The translations under genes were made by a program, and so were the position numbers. A stretch of 64,000 nt of DNA. It comes from Amoebidium appalachense. Lineage: Eukaryota > Protista > Ichthyosporea. Shown here piece after piece: positions 1-31,324 of the stretch. Location of the stretch: the NCBI GenBank assembly GCA_963693365.1, contig CAVNZM010000002.1, positions 8,157,059-8,221,058 on the forward strand. The letters run 5' to 3'. Numbering within the stretch: position 1 is the stretch's first letter; each line of letters opens with the position of its first letter. Under the pieces are notes generated by a model, which saw only the letters and a list, made by a program, of their open reading frames with translations, was not told where the DNA came from and made no database searches.

Positions 1-239
1 GCAAGTGAGTGAGAAGAGAGAAGAGTTTAGAAGGCCTAGGGGGGGGAGGGGGGGGGGGGGGGGGGGGGGGGATGTATCTGCTGGGGTATTGGAAACACCG
101 GAGGCATGATCGCTGGAAACAGAAACCAGAAACCACAAAGAGAAACAAAACACAGGCAAAAACAATATGTGTGAGCATGTGTGTGTGGGCAGGTGTGTAC
201 ATGTGTGCGTGTGCATGTGTGTGTGGTATGAAGTGCTTG

Positions 240-274
<35 letters not shown>

Positions 275-526
275 ACTGTACGTTGTGTGCTTTTCGTGTG
301 GTGGTGGTGGTAGTGCCGATAAGTGGTGGAGGTGTGTTTGATAAGGAAGGGGGTGGGTGGTGGTGGTGGGGGGGGGGGGGGGGGGGAGGAAGAGAGAGAG
401 AGAGATAGAGCGAGCGAGAGAGAGAGAGAGAAAAAGAGGGGGAGGGGGGGGGGGAGGGGGGAGGGGACGGGAGACGGACAGAAAGAGGGGGGGGGAGAGG
501 GGGGGGGGGGGGGAGGGGGTTACTAA

Positions 527-2192
527 TCAACGGGACCGCCTCTTGCTGATTTCCTTCTTCAAGTTGGAAACACGGCACTCTTGCTCGATCTGATCCGCAC
601 CTAAGAGCCAGGACATGTTCGGCACGTAAATCGAATCGATTGTGGGTTTGGGGCAAAGAGCCAAGGGCATTAGGTCGATTTTGGATGAACATATTGACAC
701 CTCGCACAAGCTCGTGTGGCCCTCGAACCCGCTCATCGTGCCGATTTTATCCACACGATAGAGTGCGAGTGATCGGATGGCAGGTATCTGTGTCAGTATG
801 CTGATGTCCTCAATTCGTCGCAACCCCACAACTTCACATGGGTCAGCGCTGGGGCAGTGGCAGGCACACTGCCGAGTGAGCAAAGTGACGAGCAATGACG
901 TATGGCGAGGCTTTTTAGGTTTGGGCTGTTGAGGGGGAATAGGGTGGTGCCACCGACGTGAAACAACTCAAGGCGGACGAGAGAGGTGGGTGGGCGGATA
1001 AGCTGTACGTCGGCATCGGGATCTCTTATTATCTCCAGGTTTTCTAGTGTCTTGCAGTGGGAAAGAAAAGAATAGGCTGATTGTTTCGAGAGCGGTGATC
1101 CGCTTAAAACTATCTTCCTGAGATGCTCGTGTGCTGATGTTGCTTTGATGGCCAGGTTACTTACTAGCTGCAGGTGTAGGACAGTAAGGTTGGGGAGGTG
1201 ATCCAGATCCAACTCGTTGCCTGCAACAGTACCGTCCGTAGCTTCGCAATCACATGAAATTAGCTATATATGGGTGAGTGCTCTAAAGGGTGAGAGTGCA
1301 TCAAGGCGCACGTAACCAAGAGAACAGAGTGTGAGGGATTTCAGTGCTTGTGTTTGGGCCAATAGAGATGATATCAGATTCGGTGCATCCAGGGGTAAAA
1401 AATGTTTGGAAGTGAGCTCAAACGACTCCAACTGTTGCATTTCAAAACGCGGTAGACCATTCGGCAACTGATCGGAGGACAGAGAGATGGTCCGTCGAAC
1501 ACGTCGGATTTTACGCGCTTGAGGTTTGGGCATGCGGTAAGGAGGTCGCTCAGCAGCTCACAGTTCTCGCTTTCGAAGTTTAGCCGACTTATCCTGCCGT
1601 TCGGTGCAAGTAGTGGTCGTCTAAAACCCGCTAGTGTGCTGGTAAACACCGCCGCATCTTCCATCTGTGTGCAATGTTTCCACACCATCTCAACCAATTG
1701 CAATTTCTTCTCAATACTCGGGCTGGTGCCCATGTTACCGAAGTTAAGGCTAACAGCACGCAATTTGCTTCCGACGGTTTCGACCAACGATGTGATGAGT
1801 TGTGTCCCAAATCTTTCCGGAACTTTCTCCCATGTCACACGAAGCCTTTCCAAATTTGGAAGGAGCGCAGTCTGACGAAAAGTAACCTTAACTGTTTTCC
1901 TGTGCTTTTCACGCAGGTCGCCCATCCAATCGATGTCCAGCACCACCGTACCGATGGCCGCATGCCACGGTACCGACTCGGCAAACTTGTCCACCATCAC
2001 ATCATCACGAAAACCGTCGGGGCCAAAGGACACAGACACCGGGCCGGCCTGGGGGGACCGTGCAAGGGCGCAGAGGCGGCCGCAGACCAGCGAAAGAGTC
2101 TTGCGGTCGGCCAACGGCAGAAAGTGAATGATGTGGGTGATGAGCTCGGGGGGGAGGGCCAGGAGGGGGCTGTGCTCTGGGGGTAGGCACAC
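527..2192 (-). pseudogene. F-box / leucine-rich-repeat protein, reading frame disrupted (2 frameshifts + 1 in-frame TAG)
   Basis: N-terminal F-box motif LLALPPELITHIIHFLPLADRKTLSLVCGRL is followed by LRR-like units (LPNLERLRV, CPNLKRV, LKSLTL, LPNLTVLHL, PNLKSLAIRHCSSL). The protein continues across ORFs 1374-2192, 1264-1533, 793-1212 and 527-895, with frame changes near ~1490 and ~815 and a TAG at 1264-1266 (1264-1533 and 793-1212 share a frame). A probable acceptor (ccccag|) near 2176 implies upstream exons. Confidence 0.75.
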
Positions 2193-2353
2193 GTGTTACA
2201 CACAGTTGGTGGGGTTAACCGTTAAACCGTACAAAAATGCCGCACAATCCCGCTTCTGAATAATCCCTCCCCCCTTCCACCTCCCCCCTTATAGCAACCA
2301 TGCCTTTCAGGCGGGCGGGCGCGGGGGGAAGGGGGGGGGGGGGGGGGGGGGGG

Positions 2354-2710
2354 TTTGAATGCGGAACACGGTACGAAGTACACATACACGACGAGAAGCA
2401 TGGTGCAGGACACATGCAAAGGCAAACATTCAAGTATGCAACATCAGCCATGTGCACAGTATGCGTCATAAGCAGAGCCCATCCTCAGGGAGGACCCAAG
2501 TCATCAATTGCGTCTGAGTTTCGACCCCTTAGCCCGCGTATATACGACACTCCAACTCAGACAGCAGCTTCAACTGAACTTGGGTGGGTCAACCCGTCTT
2601 GATCAAAGACGAGCAGGGTTGCTTATGCAAGCAAGGTGAGCAAAACGGTGAAGATGTGTGTGCAAACTAATGCAGTGCAGCGAAAAATGCGTATGTGCTT
2701 ACAGATGCAC

Positions 2711-2712
<2 letters not shown>
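2354..2712 (-). mobile_element. Structured ~450-bp non-coding element (family A), 5'-truncated copy between two poly-G tracts
   Basis: Near-identical to the 452-bp unit at 8460-10019. It begins tttgaatgcggaacac right after a G run and stops at ...acagatgcacga before another G run. Confidence 0.9.
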
Positions 2713-2745
<33 letters not shown>

Positions 2746-3136
2746 ATTCTCAAGAAAGCGCGCACGGGTGTGTGCAGAAAGAGAGAAAGGGAGGAGGAGG
2801 GGGAGGGACAAGGAGTGGGGGAGGAAGAGGGAAACGAGGAGGGGGAGGAGAAGGCGAGGAAGTCAGCGAGGGTGCATGTGTGTGCTAATGTGTATGTGTG
2901 TGTGCGTAATCATACGGCATAAGCGAGAAGATGCGTGTGCACATGCGCGTTTGTGTGTGTGAATGTGCGGGCGCCTTGAATGCGTCTGCCCGGCACAAAA
3001 ATGTGTTTGTGCCTAGTGCAAAGGGGGGAGAGCCAGGTGGGAGCAGTGCAGACCACCATGACACTTTCGGCAACTGGGGTAGGTGGAAATGAGTGCAGAG
3101 ATGCACACAGTTGATGCAGGACATATGGTGACACGT

Positions 3137-3377
3137 ACACTGAACATGCTTCTCACTCTCTTCTTCGCCCGCTCCATGCTATCCGCCCCTAACGTGACCT
3201 GTGTGTGTGTGCGTGCGTGCGTGTGTGTGTGTGTGTGTGTGGGTGGGTGTGTGGGTGTGGGTGTGTTGGGGGCTGAAGCTCGCCCACTAACGTATGCCGA
3301 AGAAAGCAAGTCTGTCAATTCCAGAGACATTTCTTGCAATTGCAATTCACGTGTGCATGTGTTTGTGTGTGTGTGTG

Positions 3378-3420
<43 letters not shown>

Positions 3421-3977
3421 GTGTGTGCGTGTGTGTGTGCCTCTATGCGTGAGCATGCAGGTATGTGTGTGTTAGTGTGTGTGTGTGTGTGTGTGTGTGC
3501 GTGTGTGTGTATGTGTGTGTGCGTATACGCGTGCGTGCGTGTGCTTTCGTGTTTGTGTGTGTGTTTGTTTGTGTGTGTGTGTAGATTAAGAAAAGGAGCT
3601 TCGGAAACGGAGAGAGGGTGCGAGGGTGAGAGGGAGGACATGTATATAAAGCAGTGTGCACTACAGGTAAAAGCAAGAGATAAAGAGAGATGCACACACA
3701 GAGACATGTAGAAATAGAAAGTGCGCACTCGTTGGTCGGCAGTTCGAAGGGAACAAGGATTGAGGGTGGTTGAGGGGTGTGGGGAGGGGATAATGACTCA
3801 CCTGCCCTTTTTCGGGTGTGGCTTCGCAGCAACATGGTGGCGGAGGAGGGGCAAAGGACGTTTCTTGTTGCAGTGGCTTATAATCGCGTAGTCGGTTTGG
3901 TTGTGCTCTGTTGAACTGGAAGGGGCAGCTAGGATCAGCTGGCATCACTTTGACGGTGCGTATTTCAAATTCTCCGC
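3137..3977 (-). CDS. Probable small exons of unknown function (possibly upstream exons of the F-box gene)
   Basis: Unique-sequence islands with AG/GT boundaries between microsatellites: ~3801-3977 (GEFEIRTVKVMPADPSCPFQ...EKGQ|gtgagt), ~3294-3345 and ~3137-3197 (cacag|VTLGADSMERAKKRVRSMFS). No recognisable domain. Confidence 0.3.
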
Positions 3978-4220
3978 TAACGTTTTTTGATCGTGTTTAG
4001 TAAGTTATGTTTGTGTTTACACCAACTTGAAGGCGGCCGTCATGCTGCTGTCGACGCCCTATCAACGACGCCCAGTACCATATATGGCAAAGAAGCATTT
4101 TGGCGCCAAATACAAAGTCAGCAATTGGTGAAAGATCAGGCTGACCTTTGTTTGAATGCGAATCATCCGGCTGCACTCCTGGCTGCACGGCAGTATGATA
4201 CCTTGGCGGATATGGTGTTC

Positions 4221-4280
<60 letters not shown>

Positions 4281-4639
4281 CTGACTCAGCGAGAAGTTCG
4301 ACTGAGCACACCAAAGTTTCAACTTGCATGCCAACTTCAAGACCAAATGAAAACCCTCCAATATAGAGTGTACCGATAATCTTACATCATATAGTCTTAC
4401 TTGTGCCACCCCAACTTCTGCTACTTTTGACAAAAACTTTGACTAAAATATATAAAACGCTCATGAATTCTCACCTTTTTGTGCAAATCCTCTTTGCCAC
4501 TTATACGTATACTTGGTTTTGTTTCCAAAACGTTTATCTTCCCCAGCACGCGAGTTTCTTTGGCGTCAAAAAAAATGCCCAAATATATGATATGTCCCTT
4601 GCAGTCAGTTTTTTTCCCTTAGTCCGACGATGTTGTGGT

Positions 4640-4683
<44 letters not shown>

Positions 4684-5148
4684 GTGTGTGTGTGTGCGTG
4701 TGCGTGTGTGTGTGCGTCTGTGTGCGTGTGTGCATGTGTGTCCAAACATAGTCTTTTCGCTCTTGACAGAGTGCGGACTGAGTCTTAGTTAGTCGTACAG
4801 CCAAACTTTCCACAAGAATTCAAAGTTCACATCACTCGCATGAATATATAGATGATTGTAGGCTGGGTTGGTCGTGTGGGTTATGCATATTAGAGTGCAA
4901 AAGCAGCAGCTGCTGGAGGAAGGGTGGGGGGAGGGGGCGGGGAGGGGGGGGGTTCCGGGGGCGAAGGGGTTGGGGGGAGGAGGGGAGGGCAGCAACACAT
5001 GGGAGTTATGATGTGCAAAAGAGGATCGCTCACGTGCACGGGTTACATGCAATTGCCCTGCAGGCTCCACATTAAACCTCCCCCAGAAAGTTGGGTTCAA
5101 CCTGAACGGCATGGCGAAAAAATGCATGGATTCCCTTTGCACAATATT

Positions 5149-5236
<88 letters not shown>

Positions 5237-6353
5237 CGCACCCGTTGTGTTGTGTGTGTCTGTGTGTATGTGCCACATGCCACATGTGTGGGTGGGTGGG
5301 ACTGCTATTTCCCAGTCTGAGACGGGACACAACTGTCACAGCCAATTGGAGGGTAACCCAAGGCCTCCTAAGTGGCATACCATGGAGGTCTTGGAGTAAC
5401 CCCCCCTCCCCCCTCCCCCCCCCCCCCCCCCTCCCGCCTCATTTGTGTGTGCAGGGGAGTTTCAAAGGGAGGGAGGGGGGAGGGGGGGGGGGGGGGGTAG
5501 TGCACGTGAAAAAATCTTTAGGTTGCACACGGGGATCTGGCACCCTTTTTCGTTTCAGTGTCCCCCCACATAACCGGCCATGACACACGTGCACGATTGC
5601 ATCTACAGGTTCTAATCACACACATATATGCTCATGATCAAAAGGGCACACAAAGAAGTTCAACGCAAGAGTTCGCTTGGAGGAGAGATGCAGAGGGCGT
5701 TATAATGCGAGTTTATAAGCAATATGTGTGTCTATTCTCCGATAAGGGTTTACTGGATATGGGGATAATTTATGTAGGTGTGTGTGGGGGTGTTGGTGTA
5801 GGGTTTGCGCCGAAGGGGCCCGGTGGGGCTGGGGTGGGGGTGGGGGGGGGGGAGATAACTTAACTGTCGATAACCAGTAATGGTGTGGCTATATATAGTG
5901 TTGCACATGGACATGGTGCGTGTGCCGGCCCCCAGCACATGTGAGCATGTGCAACTGTGTGTATTTATTTGTCAGTGCACATTCATTTGAACATGTGATA
6001 TATGTTGTTCAAACATTAAAGATCGAGAAGTCATGCATTCTAGCCAAACAGGCCCATGACAAAATTAGCTAGCTACATAATAACGTCTTCATCAACATTC
6101 GTATAACGGGTTATAAAGTGCATTTTTACAGATATGTGTTTTTTTCATGGGAATGAATGGGTTGCTTGAACAAAATTGAAGTTAACATGTTTCCAAAAAC
6201 CTATGCACAGGGGTCTGATTAATCACATTCAACAACTTTTAGTGGGTCTTTCGTCAGATGCAATACAGCAACCACTTTCTGCTTCTTTCATGCTTTTTCT
6301 CTTGCTTCAAAATCGTACTTCAACTCACCCTAATATATCTAAAATGCGTTAAC

Positions 6354-6412
<59 letters not shown>

Positions 6413-6528
6413 ACACACCACCACCACAAACCCCCACCGCCATACATTATGATTTTGATGATCACGCATCACACAGGCTTCATGATCCGCCAACCATACA
6501 CCTTCGATATAGTTTTAAAAGCAGCCAA

Positions 6529-24988
<18,460 letters not shown>

Positions 24989-25621
24989 CCTACCCTCTGA
25001 CCAGCGTGTGACTGTATGTGTGTGTGCTTTGAGCTTCTGCTATGTTTTTGTTGTAAGCCACTGCGCTGTGTTAGGTAACGTAAACTGGACTGCTCTTCAT
25101 CACGGCCTTATCATGCCGTATCATCATCAGACAACACAACAACAGGCTGCAGCCTCTGCCAAGCGAGGCCTTGCTGCCAAGTTAGTTGCCATGAAACGGT
25201 TGTCTCAGCCGCACGTAGTTATGTTTTTGGGGGTTTACGCAAAGAGAGACCAGCAAGGCCTCCTAAATAGCACACCAATTAGGAGGCCTTGGAGACCAGT
25301 CTCAGGTATGGGGGGTTTTTGCTCGGAATATCCCCTCAGCGGTATATCATGATCACGTACATAGATGTCGGGTGATGACTATATATCAGGGTTTACTTTC
25401 TCTACACGACACCATAAAGACTACGAAAAAATTTCTTTTGACTGGATTTATTCGACGGAAAGATATGCAAGTATGCACGGCATACTGAGAAGACAATAAA
25501 AAAACTTCACGAGTTATCCAGTAACAAGTGCATACTGAGATACCTGAGCACTGTGTGAAAATCATATAAATACTCAATGTGACGACCAACAGAATTCAAC
25601 AAAAAGTCTGAAGTGGTCACA

Positions 25622-26068
25622 TTAATTGCCAGCCAGTGTGGCAGACACCCGTAGGGAAAGAGGTAAAACGCGACATAAAAACTCACACCTATCAACATGC
25701 TTGCGATTAAAAGGTTCAGCACAAAAGTGGCACCAGCGGCATTGAAAACAAAAATTACAACGCCACTGCACAACTTCCCAGGCAATATCAACATCAGAGC
25801 ACCATACAGACTTATCTACTAGGGTGGTATCCATACGTACAGCAGGAGAAATGTATCCTGCCAAAGCTCCCAAAAAGCGATAATGATCAGTACGGTGTTG
25901 TCTAAGGAACATAACACATGCCGACTGAGTTTGACCTTTGATTTCTCTATCAGAACGAGAAAGAAACTTATACTGCGTATGGTAATAACCCGAAAAGGCA
26001 GAAAAAACAGGAAGAGAAAAGAAAGAGGGAGTGAGATAGCGAGAAATATGTTGCCCACCTGCAGGCAC
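25622..26068 (-). pseudogene. Probable C-terminal (Cys/His zinc-knuckle) fragment of a non-LTR retrotransposon ORF2
   Basis: ...VVQWRCNFCFQCRWCHFCAEPFNRKHVDRCEFL has WR + CxxC...H...C spacing resembling the post-RT CCHC region of LINEs. No RT motifs are present. Confidence 0.4.
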
Positions 26069-26319
26069 TCAGTGCATGCGCACGTGGAAAGTTAGTTGCG
26101 CATGCCTGCCCATGCATATCATATATAAAGGGGGTTACCAAACAGTTCTGTAAAATAAGTAAAACAACAAGATAATAATAATTATAAAAAATTTCAAGTA
26201 ATTTAGAACATATTGCACTTGGTGGTTTTTAGCTACATGTTTTTGGAGGACCACAAGTAAATTTGGTACTTCGGCAATGGCAATCTCTCCCTAGACTGAT
26301 AACACAGTGTGGCAAGAAA

Positions 26320-26354
<35 letters not shown>

Positions 26355-26485
26355 ATGAAAGGGAAAAGGGTCATAACATTTGGCAGATCCGGCAACTGCA
26401 GGATTGGGGGGGGGGGGGGGGGAGCGTGAGGCGGGGGGGGCAGGGGGGGGGGGGGGGGGAAGCGTGAGGGGGGGGGGGGGAGGGA

Positions 26486-26517
<32 letters not shown>

Positions 26518-26699
26518 GGGGAGAGAGGGGAGGGAGGTAACAACCACACAACCCAACATCAATAACTATCTCGTTATGTTTTGGCGCCGGCGACAGCCGG
26601 CGCACAGACCTACTTGTATCTATCAATAAGTGCAACCTGTTAGCTAACGTATTAGAACCGGAGGTTATTGGCGGTTTTATTCTCTTTTCTTCCTCTCTT

Positions 26700-28800
26700 C
26701 CTCAATATATCCGCTTTAAGATGACTATCCTAGATCACCTTATTAATGCTGCACAGTATGATATTGTGATCCGGTGCCTTAACTTTCTTTCGGAGCTACC
26801 GATGCTAGCCTCTGCTTACCCATAATAGCCTATGTAATAGGGGTGTCACATACTACGATGGCGCTCATTATTGCCTAGCATGTACATATGTCACTGGCTG
26901 CATGTGATTGGCTGCGCTGGAAAACGCAGTAGGCACGCGTCGAATGTGGCTGGGCCTCCGGCAGTGTAAAGTGTGTAAACCCCACAATAAGTTTCTGAGC
27001 AGGGGTCCTATCTTTAAACAGTTCCGAGAAATACTTATCAGAGTCTATGAGGGGGTCTCCAGTGGCATCACCTATTAAAAAATAAAATAAAAAAAATAAT
27101 ACGAGCAGGGGGGCCAAATCGATTCATACTAGCAAGCCGGTGCAAGCTTTCCTTTTGAGACAGGGGCTCACCTAGTCTAGCGGGAGTGGTGTTTGGTAAC
27201 AAGAGAGCATCGGGATATTCCTTCCTACCACCACCAGCATAATCACCGAGATCTATTAAATCATCAACAATAAAGTCAGTGCATGTATCTAGTACGAGAT
27301 GTGAATCTGGTCTGGCTTGTGCAGATTCTAATAGGCACATATATATAGGGTGTTTCGTTGCATAGCATACACATACATCAACTCTACCCCACTGTGACTT
27401 GAGCTGGGATAGACGGAGGCGAAAGGTGGGAGGAGGAGGGGGGAGCAGATCAAGGGAGATCTTAGGTAGGAAAATAGAGAGGTTAGGAGGGAGAGAGAGT
27501 TTTGACATGGTTGATGGCCGCAAAGTGTGACTTTGGACACACCTTGCTAAAGGGATAGCGCGCTCCGGGGGCTTAGATGGGTACCCGACACTCACTTGCA
27601 GTGTGTCTGTGTGGTGGAGTCGCGTGTTAAAATCACCTAAAATAACAGTGGACATTGGTAACTGTGACAACTCGTGAGTCAATTCGGCAACCGACATAGA
27701 TGGTGGGTAATATACAAAAGTAAAAACATTAGAAAGAAACTCTATAGAAACCGAGAATACCGTTTTTGCTACCGGTTTGCACTTCACTCTCACGTGTGGC
27801 GCGGCAAGTACAATAATGCCTCGGTTTTTCGCGTAACCGGGGTGTGTGGATGTGTCGACCAATGTAGAGTTGAATTTGTGGTGGTTTTTAAACTGTGTTT
27901 CGCAAATCACTGTAAACGTGTGGTTGTTTGTCTGTTGTTGTATGTAGCTGATTTTATCGTCGAGTGTCCCGGGGGGAGGCCCTTTTGGGGGCCCAGTGTC
28001 CGAGCATTCCAGAAGAAGAAGGATAAATTAGTCATCGGTTTGGTCCGACGCCTGTGGGGTTGGTTCCCACTTGTCGCTTACGGGGTCGTATGCACGACCT
28101 TCCGCCAGCGCGAACAGTTCGCAGAAGAGCTCGATTTCCATCTCGCATCGGCGTTTGCGCTCGAGTAGTTTCTCACCAGAAAACATTGGTTCCTTCGTGT
28201 CCGTGTCTATCACGCTCGTAGCATCGTTTTCCAACTCTGCGAGGAACTCTTTTGCCTTGCTGATGCGTACACGACAGCGTGTGGCGCACGCATTCTTAGC
28301 AGACACTTTACGTTCTTTGTCTGCTTTCTGAATGTTTTCCGGCGTGCATGGGTCGTAGCTTGGGAGGTGGGTGAAGAAGCTTTCAAGCCCCTTTGTCGCG
28401 TCACGGATGAACGCACGGTTATAGTCGCCCCGTACTGCTACTTCCAGCACGTCGTATCCAATGAAGGACATTCAAAGGATGCGAGAGCACCGGAAGCCGA
28501 AAGCCTTGAAGATGGACCACATGGCCCTGTGTGGGCGTCTGCCGTGCTTGACTTTGAAATACACCCTCTCGTATTTGGGTGGGATGTTGATGTTACCGTT
28601 TGCTTGGGTGTTCCCCTTAGCCGGCGGTTTGGAGGGGAGTTGCGGCGGTACTCGTTGCCTGCAAGAATGCTGGCATATGTTTCCTTGGCGGAGCTCGGGT
28701 GTTTTTGGCCGCTGTCGCAAACAGGTGTTTGCGCTATAGGTTTGCGTCATCAATCCGTGGCTCCGGTGACGTCATATGCATCATTTCATTCGGCCACCCG
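26700..28800 (-). mobile_element. Decayed, internally deleted LINE: ORF1 remnants + APE endonuclease, RT missing
   Basis: ORF 27068-27910 has APE motifs (ICET, RGIIVL, VYYPP, VILGDFN). Upstream broken ORFs 28028-28753 are ORF1-like. No YADD-type RT motif downstream, where the frames are full of stops. Confidence 0.75.
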
Positions 28801-28901
28801 GTCAGGGCACCTTGCAACCACGGCCCTCTGAACACAGTGTCAGAGGGCCGTGCTTGCAACCCAGCTTTTCTCTGCCTTCGCAATTCTAACCAACTTCGTC
28901 C

Positions 28902-28942
<41 letters not shown>

Positions 28943-28972
28943 CCTCCCCCAACACACATGTACACACGCCGT

Positions 28973-29021
<49 letters not shown>

Positions 29022-29529
29022 CGTCACACACACACACACAGCGTCACACACACACACATACACACACACACACACGGGATCCCTAAAGTACACAAAAAAT
29101 TTACCAACAAACCCACCTTCAAAGTCCCGGGGGCTAGCGGCAAGTTTGTTTCGTGAAAACAACCCTCCATTTGAACAGTACATAATAAATCTTAGTTTAC
29201 TGGTAGATTTTATATTTTTGTGGCAAACACAGTCGTTGCAAAGCAAAGTTGTTAAATATTCGTGCCTATTTGCGACAGCGGCAAAGTTGTTAAATATTCG
29301 TGCCTATTTGCGACAGCGCAGTGTCACGGTATCTGGCGGTACACACACACAGACGCTATCGCGTCGCCTCGCTGTCCAAATTGCCTATGTACCTTATAAT
29401 AAAAAGTACGTGGAAGTACTGTTCAGGCACCTGATCAGCACATGTATTTGTATGTACCTGTCGCATAATAAAATGCACAATCGCACAATGCCCCGTAACC
29501 TCCCGCCCCCCCCCACCCACCTCCACCCA

Positions 29530-29561
<32 letters not shown>

Positions 29562-31324
29562 CACCACCACACCACCACCACTAGTGTCTATGCATGTGTG
29601 CCGCGCCTTGCATGTACATGCCGATGTTTGTTGGGATACATTGTTGGGAGTGTAATACCAAAAAACTTTCTATGTATTACCAGATGTAGCTTGATAGATC
29701 ATATAATACCGCAGCACACACGCGACACATTCACAATGTATGTATTACCAGATGTAGCCTGATAGATCACATAATACCGCAGCACACACGTGACACATTC
29801 ACAACAGACACCCAGAAAGATAACTTACCCGACAATTACAACATCCTTGATTTTATACTTAACACACGTGACTCAGACCTGTTTATTAGATGTTACCCGA
29901 CAATTACAACATCCTTTAAGTATTGGCTTGAGAAACACGTAATCACAAGATTCACACACACACACACATTCACACACTCACACCAGCTGATACCGAATGT
30001 CCCAGGGGAGCCCGTAAAAAACTAAAAAACTAAAAAACTAAAAAAAAAAAAAATAATAATAATAAAAATTATATAATCATCACCACTTCTGTGTACTTGG
30101 TCATCATATACCGCTGAGGGGATATTCCGAGCAACCCCCCCCCCCCCCCCTCACCCCCATACCTGAGACTGGTCTCTCTTTGCCTCGAGTAAACAGCATA
30201 TTGTTCGCAAGCGATTCAGAAAACGCAGGATAAACACAAAAATTTCTGTGTTTTAGCCTGAGACAGGGGGGGGGGGGGGGGGGGGACATGATGGAGGGTA
30301 TACGCAGCGGAAACGGTTGGCTAAAGGAGTGGGAGAAGTGACTAGTTTTGCCGGTATACGCAGCGGAAACGGTTGGCCAAAGGAGTGGGAGAATAAAAGT
30401 GATACACTACTGAAGTGACTAGTTTTGCCACCACGGCAAGTTAATTTGATGGTTCTGTGTGAAGTGACTAGTTTTGCCACCACGGCAAGTTAATTTGATG
30501 GTTCTGTGTGCGCCTTGGTGACACGCGGCGCCATGCAAAAGTTTGCTGAATGAATGCGATGCGTGTAGCTTGTGATGCACTAGTTAGTGCTAGGTGATTG
30601 TGCTGTGTGTATCTGCAAAATAACACGTCACCACTAAGGTGGAGGAGGTGTGTTTGTGTGTGTGTGTTTGGAGGTGTGGGCAAGCAAAGAGACGTCATAC
30701 ATTTTTTTAGGACTCTTAGGAGTCCAACTTTCCCTCAGTCAGTGTGAAGGAAGGAGGGTGCACACACCTATAAACACGTGTCAGGTTTTCATCAAGTGGT
30801 CCTGTGCACGTGTTCGGCTGAAAACCTCGGGAGTCATATGTTTAGAAGAAAGTCAGTTTTATTTGCAGCCCGCACTTGCTGATTGAATGCCCCTAGCCCA
30901 CCAATCACTCAATACAGGAGGCAAGGCCGTCTATATACAAATAATAAATACCCAAGGCAGAATGAGTTCTTGGGTGAAATGTTAGTTATGGTTAGTTTCC
31001 ATAGGCCCTCAAAACTAATTTTCCGGATGATACAATAATTGCGCAAAAAAGGACTCTAAAAAAACTTAACTTACTATGACGGCGCGTTGTTTGTGCCGAA
31101 CTAGACAAGCCTTTCACAGTTGTTGCGTAAAATTATCACTTCAGCATGATGGCGAGCTCCCATATTTTTTGGCCTGCACCTGAGTGTGGTTTAGGACCAT
31201 GGCCGCCAACATGGTCGGTGTCCATAGACAACACAAACAGTGTGCACACACAGCGCCTGCCATGTAACATTATGAGCAAAACACTCCCGCCACGCTGCAA
31301 CTAATATCACTATCACTATTTACA

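Larger units (their letters stand above)
25292..30176. mobile_element. ~4.9-kb segment bounded by ~95-bp terminal inverted repeats (non-autonomous DNA transposon candidate)
   Basis: Left end 25292-25385 (gagaccagtctcaggtatggggg..ttgctcggaatatcccctcagcggtatat..tgatgactatata) is the reverse complement of right end 30070-30176. No clear TSD or transposase seen. Confidence 0.65.

Noticed and set aside
1264-1266. Stop-codon reassignment (in-frame TAG)
   Set aside because: The same gene also has frameshifts, and TAG terminates the syntenin-like and 31325 ORFs normally.
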